Below, piece after piece: positions 1 to 10,243 of a stretch of DNA of 64,000 nucleotides (the first letter of the stretch is position 1; the number at the start of each line of letters is the position of its first letter). The stretch is taken from assembly GCA_004431415.1 (NCBI GenBank), contig QPMI01000005.1, forward strand, positions 434,001 through 498,000, in the 5' to 3' direction. A program made the translations under genes and the position numbers. Below the pieces are notes generated by a model, which was given only the letters and a program-made list of their open reading frames with translations, was not told the origin of the DNA and made no database searches. This DNA is from Cyanophora paradoxa CCMP329 (lineage: Eukaryota > Plantae > Glaucophyta).

Positions 1-3000
1 ACAACCTCGGGGACGTCGCCTGCGAGGTCTCCCACGACGCCGACCGCAACGAGTTCCGCGTCTCCGTCCAGACCGCCCTCCTCTTCCGCGTGCGCTGGGA
101 CCCAGCGAGCCGTCGCGGGCACTTGGCGGGGGCTGACGCGGCGGGGCGTCAGAACCACATGCCGGTCCCGCTGGAGATCGCGGCGGTGCCGGGGACGGTG
201 GATGACCCGCGGGCCGCCCCGCAGCGCGTCTGCGTCGCCCCGGCGGGCGGCGTCGCCGCCGTCCCGCTCAGCTGCTGCGACCGCGGCCGCTTCGCGATCC
301 GGCCGGCCGGGGACCCGCGGGGGGCCCGCTTCGAGTGGAGCGAGGCGGTGATCGCGGTTGAGCGGGGCGGCAAGGCGCCGGCCAAGTTCGACGCGGCGCG
401 CCTCTCCTGCCCCGCCTCGGGGGGCGCCGGCCAGGCCACCTTCGCCTTTGCCCTCCAGGCCCGCCCGCCCGCCCCCCGCCGCCGCCCCCGTCCCCGCCCG
501 CGCCTGACGGGGCGGCTCTAGGTGCGGCCGGTGGAGCGCTACGCGTTCGCGGCCGGCAAGCGCCCCGCGCACGCGCCGCTCCTCCTCGAGGTGCTGCCGC
601 CGCTGACGGTGGAGAACCTGACGGCGTCGGCGGTGGCGCTGCGGCTCGTCTCCGCGGCGGACGGCCGCTCGCTGCTCGCCGCCGACCACGTGGAGGCGGC
701 GGCGGGGGACAAGCCGGTGCCGTGCACGGCGGTGCTCCCGCAGCGGGCGGCGGGGCCGCTCCAGCTCTCCGTCGCCCTCCTCGAGGGCGGCCGCCCGGGC
801 GCCTGGTCGGAGCCCGTCGACGTCGGGGGCGCCGAGGCGCGCCTCAAGAAGGGCCTCTGGCTCGTCGTGCCGCCAGCCGGCCTCCGCGTCCGCGTCGACC
901 TCGACACGGCCCCCTCGGCCCTCGACCTCTCCGCGTCGCCCTCGCACGGCATCGCCGCCTCCGTGGGGCCCAACCCCTCGCGCCGCCTCCTCCTCTCTGT
1001 TCCCTACTTCGTCGTCAACAAGCTCCCCGTCGCCCTCCGCCTCTTCCCCGACACCAAGGCGCGCCCGCCCGCCGCCGGCCCTCCCCGCCGGCGCTGCGCG
1101 ACCTGACGGTGCGGGGGCGGCGTGCAGGACGAGCGGGCGCTGCAGGCGGCGGCGTCGGGCGGGGCGGGGGCGCTGCACCTGCCGCCCCACCGCGCCGGCG
1201 CCCGCGACAGCATCGCGATGTACGGCGGCGCCGAGGAGAAGTCCCTCTTCGGGGCCGACCCCGACAAGGCCCGCCCCGCCCCGTTCCGCCCCGCCGCCGC
1301 GCCGCGCCGGGCGCCGCCCTGACGCCCCGCGTGCAGGTGCGGATCGCGCTCGCGGACGCCGGCCCGGTGCCCATCGACGAGGACCCGACGGACGGGACGG
1401 AGGACCCGCGCGCCGACGGCCAGGCCGCCCCCGCTGGGTCTCCAGGTCCGACCCGCCTCCGCCCCGCAGCGGCGCGGCGGCGGCGCGGCGCCGACGGGGG
1501 CGGCTCGGGGCAGGGCGCTGGACGTGGCGAAGCCGACGCCGTCGACGGACGGGTTCGTGGTGCCGCTGCGGACGCGGGCCGGGGGCCTGCACGAGGTCTC
1601 CGTGGTGGTCGCCAAGGGCGCCGGCAAGCTCGAGAAGCGCACGCGGGTCGTCACCCTCGCCCCGCGCCTCGTCCTCGTCAACCTCCTCGACCGCGCCGTC
1701 GAGGCCTGCCAGGCGCGCCCCGGCCCCGCCCCGCCCCGCCCCGCGCCCCGCCGCTCGCCGCCCGGCGCGCCCGGCTGACGGGGGCGGCAGACGGCGACGA
1801 ACTCGGTCTTCCGGGTGGAGCGGGGCGAGACGGTGCCGATCTCGTGGCCCTCGGCGGAGACGCCGCGGCTGGCGCGCGTGCGGCTCGCCATGGAGGGCTG
1901 GCACTGGTCGGGGCCCTTCCACGTCGACCGCCCCGGCATGACCGCCGTCCGCATCGTCCGCTCCCAGGCCGCCGCCGCCGGCGGGGGCGCCCCGCAGCCC
2001 GGCGCCGGCGTCACGACCTCGGTGCTGCGCGTCAACGTCCAGCTCAAGGCCGGCTGCCTCCACGCCTACATCGCCTTCGAGAACGACAAGGACCAGGCCC
2101 AGCTCAAGATCGAGGTCCGCCGCCCCGCCCCGGCCCCCCGCCCCGCCCCGCGCCGCGCAGCGCGCCCGGGGCCGACGGGGCGCGACGCGCGGCAGAACGA
2201 GCTGGACGAGGCGATCTGCGTCTTCCAGGCGGGGGCGCAGGGCCCGGCCGGCCTCCCCTCGTTCGCGCTGCGGGACACGGTGGCGCCCGGCAAGGCGATC
2301 CCCTTCGGCTGGACGGACGCCTCCTCGCAGGACCTCCGCATCGCCGTCGCCGTCGGCGGCAGGGCGGCCCCCACGGCCCGCCCCGCCGGCTCCTACAACT
2401 GGGACAACGCGGGCAGCCAGGTCGACTACTACGAGGAGCACGAGGTGATGCCGGCGGCGGCGGCCTTCGCGGCGGGGGCGGGGGCCTCCCAGGGCCGCCC
2501 CGTCGTGGCGATCACGTACCTGGACGGGACGGCGCGGGTGCTGCGGATCACGGACGAGCGGGGGGCGCGGGGCGAGGACGGGGCCATCCGCGAGCTGCGG
2601 GAGCCGGAGGAGAAGAAGGCGAAGCAGCCGTACCGCCCCGTCATGCAGTTCATCAACATCAAGTTCCCCGCCGTCCAGGTCGGCGCCCCGGGGCCCCCGC
2701 CCGGGCCGGGCCTCGCGCAGGAGCCGACGGGGCGGGGCGGGGCCGGGGCGCAGGTGTCGCTGTGCGACGACGTGCCGCGGGAGTACCTGCTGGTGACGCT
2801 GCGGGGCTTCGAGCTCGTGCTGCACCGCAATGTGGGGACGCAGGGCATCGAGCTCGCCCTCTCCGCCGAGGGCCTCCAGGTCGACAACCAGCTCTTCGCC
2901 TCGCCGCTCTTCCCCGTCATCATCGGGCCCTCCACGCGCTCCTTCGACGTCACGACCAAGGCCGTCGAGCTCGTCCTGCACCGCGCCGTCAGCCCCATCG

Positions 3001-4667
3001 TGCAGGCCATCCGCCGCCTCCACCTCCGCCTCAAGCCCCTCGACGTCAAGCTCGATGAGGAGACCCTCATGGCCTACATCCAGGTGCCCCCCGGCGCCCC
3101 CCCCTGCGGGCCCCGCGCCGGCGCGCGCGGCGGCTGACCGGCCGGCGGGGGCAGCTCTTCAAGGGCTTCAAGGCGAAGAGCTCGGGTGCGAACCACGCGG
3201 CGCACCTGGCGGGCCTCGTGGCGCCCCCGGAGCTCGTCTCGTCGGAGCCCAAGCTCTCCCGCTTCGAGTCCGTCCACATCTCCCCTCTCGAGGTCCGCAG
3301 AGGCCCCCGCGCAGCGCCGGGGCGCCGCCGCTCTGCGGGCCGAGCTGAGCCGCGCGCGCGGGCGCCTGCCGGCGCAGGTGGACCTCACGTTCCGCAAGTG
3401 CGAGAAGCGGGGCGAGGAGGCGCGGCGCTTCGAGCCGGTGACGACGCTCTTCCGGGCGATCGGGGGCGCCCTCGTGAACATCGACCGGGCGCCGCTGCGG
3501 CTCTCGAGCTTCGAGTTCGACGCGCCGGGGTCGGGCGGGGTGACGCAGGCGGTGCTGAAGAGCGCGGTGAAGAAGACGTACGTGCGGCAGGTGCTCCCCC
3601 AGGTCGCCAAGGTCCTCGGCTCGGTCGAGCTGCTGGGGAGCCCGATGGCCGTCGGCGCCGACGTCGCCCAGGGCCTCATCGACTTCGTCCAGCAGCCGAT
3701 GCGGGGCGCCGAGAAGGGCGCCGCCGAGTTCGGCCACGGCGTCGTCCGCGGCACCGCCTCGCTCCTCAAGAACACCGTCCTCGCCCCCGTCTCCACCACC
3801 TCCCGCATCGCCAAGTCGCTCTCCCGCGGCATGGACATGCTCTCCAGCTACGACGAGGACTACGTGCAGGCGCGCGCAGAGGAGCACTCCGAGATCGCCG
3901 TCGACGCCGCGGACGGTCTCCTGCTGGGCGCGCGCAACCTGGGCTTGGGCTTCTGGCGGGGCATCTCGGGGGTGGTGATGGACCCCGTGCGGGGCGCGGA
4001 GGTGGACGGGGCGGCGGGGGCGGCGCTCGGCGTCGGCCGCGGCCTCGTGGGCCTCGTCGTCAAGCCGGTCACCGGCTCCCTCGACTTCGTCGCCAAGGTG
4101 ACGGAGGGCATCTCCAACACCCCGGACCTCCTCGAGCCGAAGATGACGGCCGACGTGCGCCGTACGCGCCTGCCCCGCTGCCCGGGGCCCGACGCCCTGG
4201 TCGAGCCCTACTCGGCGGAGCGCGCCGAGCTGTACCGCCTGCTGCGCTCGACGGCGGCGCGGCGGGGCCCCGAGGGCGCGGCGGAGGCGATCGTGGCGGC
4301 GAGCCGGGTGGACAGCGGGTACCACCTGATCGTGACGAGCTCGCGGCTGCTGCTGGTGAAGGCGCCGAAGCCGCGGGAGGCGATGGGCCCGCGGGAGCAG
4401 CACCTGGTGCGGATGTGCGAGTCGGCGGTGAGCGTGTGGGAGGGCTGGCAGATGCCCCTCGAGGAGGTCGCCTCCTTCGCCCCCTCGGACGGCTCCGCCG
4501 CCGGCGCCGGCGTCGGGGCCGAGCCCGAGGAGCCCGGGGTGCGGGTCGTGGGGCGCGACCCGCGGCGGCCGCGGGTCGTCCCCTGCGCGGACCCCGAGGG
4601 CCAGCGCGCCATCCTCCGCATGCTCGAGGGCGTCCTCCGCCGCCGCGAGACCTGGGTCCACGTCTGA
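1..4667 (+). CDS. VPS13: VPS13-family lipid-transfer protein, 3' part (VAB repeats, APT1/ATG2_C-like region, PH-like tail); 5'-truncated; 10 introns traced
   Basis: Spliced translation gives LSVPYFVVNKLPVAL, RTRVVTLAPRLVLVNLL, WHWSGPFHVD, LQVDNQLFASPLFPVII, KVLGSVELLGSP and GVGRGLVGLVVKPVTGSLDF, all typical of VPS13 C-termini. Stop TGA 4665-4667. Introns include 90-152, 459-521, 1059-1127, 1269-1336, 1713-1790 and 2679-2753. Apparent 1-nt frameshift at the C-run 1428-1432. Confidence 0.88.
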
Positions 4668-6114
4668 GCGCCCCCCTGCCCGGCCCACGCCCGCGCCCGC
4701 CCGCCGGCTCTCGTCTTTATCTTAACAATCGATGTCAGTACCAAATGCAGCTTTATTTAAGCGTCGATTTGAGGATTCGCATGTATTTTGCCATGTGTTT
4801 TATGAGTATTGATGGTTAGACGTGCTCGGATGCAGCGACGCTGGGAGTTTTCTCCTTCTTACTTGCCCTCAGCCCTGCGCATTAAATTCTTCTCGAATTC
4901 AAAGTCGACGTCCCCTCGCAGAGTTGACGCCGTGACGTCCCCTCTCCCCTCTACAAATATACTATGATATAACATACAAATGCAATTCGTATTCGCCGAG
5001 AGATTGCCGAGAGCTCCATCGAGATCTAGAGAGAGTCGATTCGAATTCCGATCGCGATCGCGGTCGCGATATGATTCCGGTGATCATGATCATGAATGTT
5101 AATTCACTGCAGCTGATTCACGAAGTTACGTGTATTGTCGACGTCCCTCGAGCTCGAGCTCATGAAAGGCCGACCGACTGCAAGTGCATGCGCAGCTCGT
5201 ACCGCGCTGAGATCAACAGCCGCGCCGGGAGCTCGTGGGACAGCCGCCGGCTCCGAGGCTCTGTGGACTAATTATAACGCCGGCTCAGCTGCAGCGGCTT
5301 GCCCTGAATTCATCGATGCCCTCATCGCGATCGTGATCTTGAATCACTATATATATATATAATCGCACCATAACAATACAGCAATAACCGATTGAATCAT
5401 AATCAAGAAATTGAACAAGGTTGTGATCCGCTCTGCCTGGGCACAGCTTCAAAAGGCTTCGAAGCTCGCGCGCTGCCATGCCGTCCCTACCATCGCTTCT
5501 TGCGACGCCCGCAGCGCTCATATGCGCATGCATGCCCCGAAGCTCAGCTCAGCGGCTCGCCGCTGCTCAAGAATGGACCCTCAAGCTGCGGCTGGGCATG
5601 CACAATTTGCAAGCGCTTCGCTTCTGCGGCTGGGCATGCCGCAGTGCGCACGGCTCACGCGCTGCTGGGCCAGGCCGCATTAAAATATTAGCAGTCTGCT
5701 CTAGATCTGCAGACTGCAGACGGCGGCAGTGCTGCGCGAGCACGTATATATCGACTTCGGCGGGCACCGGTCGCCGCGCGCCGCGGGCCGCGGCGCGCGT
5801 ACGTGTGAGTCGGCGACGACTTGGCGTGACATCGTCAATTTTAATATTTCTGATTATTTTCAGGCCGCCCGGCCCGGGGGTACAGGCTCATGGAGCCAGG
5901 CGATGGGACCGCGCGCGCGCGCAATTTTGCAAGAGAGATCTAGAGAGAGAGATCGAGAGGGATCGAGTACTCAGTGTGACTGGGTAGCTATAGTAGTGGG
6001 TACTAGTATCGCCGACGGCGAGTCGAGAGCGCGCGACTCGGCGCGAGACGCACTCATCGTCGTGTAAATGCACCACAGATCTAGATCTACAGCTAGAGCT
6101 ATATAGCTCAGCGG

Positions 6115-7466
6115 CTAGTCATCGCGGTGCAGGAGGGCGGACAAGGCAGTCGCGGCGTCGATCTTGGGAGCAGCCTGCAGCACGGACATTGCCTGCGCAT
6201 GCAGCAACGACTCGGTGCGGTGGATCCGGAATGGAGGGATGGAGGGCGGGGGCCGTGGACCTCGGAGAGAACGAGGGAGCGCTCGGCGGGGCTCATGGAG
6301 GCGAGGCGCGGGTCCCTCCCGGACAGCACCTCCTTCGCCCACTGCAGCCGCCGCGCCGCCCGCGGTGACGACGCGCCCTGCACCATCGTATCTGCATCAC
6401 CGCCGCGCGGCGCCCCGCGGGTCAGTCGGGCTCGGGGCCGCGGCCCGCGGCGCGCGCACGCTGGAAGAGCGCCTCGTTCTCGTCGCCGTCGTCGCCGTCC
6501 GAGTCGGGGCCCGACCTAATCGCCATGATCTGAGCCCCGGCCGGACTTTGAGGAGCCGAGGGCGAAGGGCGGAGAGGAAAACGAGGACGGACCTTGCGGG
6601 CCTCCTGCTGCGCGGCGGCTCGCTCTTGCGGGGACATGCCCTGGAGCGTGGGGTGCAGGCCTGCCGCCACCTGTCGCCTTGCGTCAGCACGTGCGCAGCA
6701 CGGCGGCACGCACAGCGCACGCGCCTCCCGGGCGCGCTTCCGCGCCTCGACGAGCTTGGCCCGATCCACGCCCCTCGGCTGCCGCGCGGGGGGGGGCATG
6801 GCGGCACCCTTTGAGGCGCTCGGGGGCCGGTCGGCCCGCCGGCCTGGGGCCGCCTGGGGATGGGAAGGGCCGGGGTCTGGGGCCGGTGGTGGAGGGCGCC
6901 GCGGTGCCGCGTCCGCGGGGGCCGCGCCAGCTGAGGACGGGGCCAGAGCTGCTTGCGGCGAGGCCTTCGGTGCCGACGGCGCCGGCTTTGCGTTGAAGAA
7001 GCCTCGCTTTAGAGCGGATCCGGTCGCTGCGGGCGCCGGCGCCGGAGCCGAGGCCGCTGCGGGGTCGGTCCGGTCGCTGCGGGCGGCGCCGGCGCTGCGG
7101 GCTGCAGGGGCCGCCGCGGCGACGGGACCGGTGGCCCCAGCCGTTGTATCCCTGCCTACCCTGGCGCCGGCGCCGCTCCCAAGCCCGTCCATGTAAGCCT
7201 TGAACATGGGATCGTCTATCTCTTCGCCGTTTACGATCTGCTGCAAGCCCCGGCGCATCTGCGCCATCGTCTCATCTGCGCGCGCGCCTCACTGAGTCAA
7301 TGGCAATCGAGGTAGTGCTGGCGGTGCGGCGAACACTGCGCGGACCGCGCTCTCGGTCCCACTTCTCCGCTGCGGTCCTGGATGCCGCGCCTGGTCGCGT
7401 ATTCGAGATCTCCTCCATCTTGGACATCAATATTCGGAGATTGTCGTCCTCATGATCAGTCGCCAT
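6115..7466 (-). CDS. Hypothetical protein (Ala/Pro-rich linker, LKRGFF motif, helical C-terminus), multi-exon
   Basis: ATG 7466 (MATDHEDDNLRILMSKMEEI). Exons join through GC/GT-AG introns to ...ALSALLHRDD, stop 6115-6117. No family recognised. Confidence 0.6.
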
Positions 7467-7597
7467 GCCGAGCGCCTGCTTGCAATCACACAGGCGCACG
7501 GGCGGCACGGGGCCAACGCGATCGGCCGCAATATGCTTAGCTACGCATACGAGACGACCGGCAAGATCGATGAGAGAGCCGGGCCGCAGCCGGGACC

Positions 7598-7708
7598 GCA
7601 ATGACGGCGCAATGACGCCGCAATGACGGTGCAATCCTCTGGACGGGTACACGCGCGCATCGTTTGCAAACACGAGACCCCGAAGCGCGCAAAGCGCGCA
7701 AAGCGCGC
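7598..7708. promoter_or_regulatory. Tandem short motifs in a divergent promoter: (GCAATGACGsy)x3 at 7598-7635 and (AAGCGCGCA)x3 at 7683-7708
   Basis: Direct repeats read in the 285-bp gap between head-to-head ATGs at 7466 (-) and 7752 (+). Regulatory role is inferred. Confidence 0.45.
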
Positions 7709-7751
7709 CGCTGAACCGAACGCGGAGAAAGCACCGCGATTCCATCTGGCG

Positions 7752-9669
7752 ATGCGGCACCTCGGCATCGCGGCTGCCGCTGCCGCGCTGCTCCTCGCCA
7801 CGGCGGAGCGCGTGGCCGGCGATGCGCTCGAGGACGCACTACAATCGTACTGGACGCTTCACGCGGCTATTATGCGCGGCGACGCGGGCGTCGACCGGAA
7901 GTTCATAGTGTACGAGCCCCCGGAGGTCGGCCTGGGTGAGCCATCGGGCAACTCTCGCATACGCACGCCCGGGCTAGCTTTTGCACGGCAGGCTCCGAGC
8001 GGGCCCGCCGCAGGGAACAAGGTCCAGTGCCTGGTGTCGGTCTTTCTCCTCGCGCTCCTCACGCAGGTCCGCGCCGCGCCGGCCCCCGTCTCTTGTTCCG
8101 TTTATAAAGCCGTCCCGGCTTGCAGCGCGCCCTCCTCATCAACACCAACGCCGGCGCGATGGGTTCGCCGCGCTTCGCCCGCCTCGCCCACCGCAGGCCT
8201 AATCGGCGCCCTGGCCGTCGCGCGGCAGACCTGGACGAGATTCTAGAATGCCCCTTTGAACGCGGATGGGACTTCGCCGATACCTTCGGCGGGCGCGCGC
8301 CGCGCACCTGTTCCCGCGCGCCCCTTGGCTTGGCGGCCGCTGACGGGGGGCTCGCCGGTCGTCCAGGATGCCCGGTGCGACCGTGGCGGAGCTGCGGGTG
8401 CGCGCCACGCTGCCCGGCCGCGCTCTTTCTTACCCCCGGGGCCCTCACTTGAGTGCTGGGGCGCGCGCAGCTGCTCTTCTGGGACGCGGTGAACGGCGGG
8501 GTGGAGGGCTGGCTCTGCCGCGACTTCGAGGGCCAGTTCGGGAGCGCCCGCCCCGACTTCGTCAAGGTCGTAGCCTCGCAGGCGCCGTTCTTCTGGACGA
8601 CGCAGAACCCCGCCATGCGCGGCCGCGTCGCCGCCCTCCTCGGGCTCCCCCCGCAGCCGCTGGGCTCCTCCCTCCCGCACTCGGTCGCCGCGGACCTCTA
8701 CCACCGCCTGGCGCGGCGCCTCGTGCGGCCCTCGGCGCGCGTTGCCGCCACTGTCGACGAGTTTCGGCGCGCCCACTTCGGCAACTTGACCGTCGGCCTC
8801 CAGGTCCTCCTTCCCTGCCGCCCCCTCCCCGGAAAATACCCACCCTGCCTCAGGTGAGGCGGCACAGCGGGGAGCAGTACCTCGACGACGAGGGGGAGCG
8901 GGCCACCCTCCAGTGTGCCCGTACTCTCGCTGCGCAGCACGCCGCCGCTGCTCGCGGAAACGTCAGAGTCTTCCTCTCCACCGACTGGGGTACACCACCG
9001 ACCCTCCTCCACTTCTCCCCGACTGTTAACATATGTATTCCTGGCAGAGCCTATCCGTGGCCGCGCGCGAGATCTCTTAGGAGAAGTCCTTATCTACCGC
9101 GACGTGCCGGTACATCCCCCCCCGCCCCCCCCCCCCCCCCCCCTCCCGGGCCCCCGCCTCCGCCCCCCCCCTCCTCCCCCCCCCCCCCCCCTCTTCTTCT
9201 CGCGGTTTACTTCACGATCCGCAGGTTATTCACGACCCGAAAGACAGTGACCGAGCAGAGGTGCAGCTGCCCTTCCGGGTACCGCATGCATCTTCGGGGT
9301 ACTGCGATTCTGACTCCCGTTCAGGCGGCGGCAGTGGACTTCTTTCTGCTCGCAGCTGCGGATGACCACGTCGTGACGGCCTACTCGACCTTCGGCCACG
9401 CCGCAGCACGTCTCGCTGGGTCCGACCCAGCTGCTGTCCTTGTTGTGTCGAGCGACCAGTACAAGGGGCCGCTCTGCGCTCGGGCATTGCATGACTGGCC
9501 GGCTGCGTGGCACCTCGAGCGCGCGCGGTCCGCCTCCTGCTTTGACCCGTCCTCAATGCTGGACGAGGCCGGCCTCATCTTTCCCCGACAATGGGACCGC
9601 GGCGCCCTCGTCCGCACTGCCGAGCAGGCCCGCCCAGTGCCTTATGACTGTCTCGAGGAGCAGTCCTGA
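7752..9669 (+). CDS. Alpha-1,2-fucosyltransferase-like glycosyltransferase (GT37/xyloglucan FUT-like) with signal peptide
   Basis: Hydrophobic N-terminus MRHLGIAAAAAALLLA. Spliced motifs VGLGNKVQCLVSVFLLALLTQRALLI, TVGLQVRR, RVFLSTD and AAVDFFLLAAADDHVVTAYSTFGHAAARLAG match the GT37/GT11/GT23-type fucosyltransferase motifs. Confidence 0.75.
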
Positions 9670-10243
9670 CATCAAGCTCGCGTGCGCAGATTACGGGGGC
9701 GCGGCCCATGCAACTGCCGCCTCGGGCTCTGCTCCTCGCCGGGATCGCCGCTCCCGTTCTTCTCTTCTGCTCCTGCGCTTTTCTTGTCCTACGACGTCGT
9801 CGGCGACAGCCACGAACTCGCATCAGCCCTCCGGTCCTGCCTCGACCTTGAGTAGCGCAGCATCAGTTGCATGAAGCCGAAATGCGCGAATGCCCGTCGT
9901 CTAGAATGCCAGTTGAAGAACCGTGGTCTAGAAGGCACAGGCGACAGCCTCGCACGCCGATCGGGGCACCACCTCCCTGCACTCGCCTATAGTATTCACA
10001 TTACCGTACGGATACGTATTCGCGCACGGTTACCATGTATACATACCATGCGTTGACATAGAACTTGCATATGCTGCTCCGTCGATTTAAGTGAAGTGAA
10101 GCGAATGGCGGTGCCCTGTGAAGATGGCAAGAAACTAGAACACATCATTCTGCGGTCATAGCCAAAAGTGGGGCGTTTTCAGCGCCGCAATCAGCACGCG
10201 CTCGCACCGGTGACCGCCAACCGCTCGTGCCAGTGAGCTGGCT

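Noticed and set aside
1428-1432. Frameshifts in VPS13 (also near 48100 and 52455-52458) as programmed frameshifting or pseudogenisation
   Set aside because: Each lies in a C or G run and is fixed by a single base, typical of long-read homopolymer error. No slippery heptamer seen. Needs raw reads to settle.
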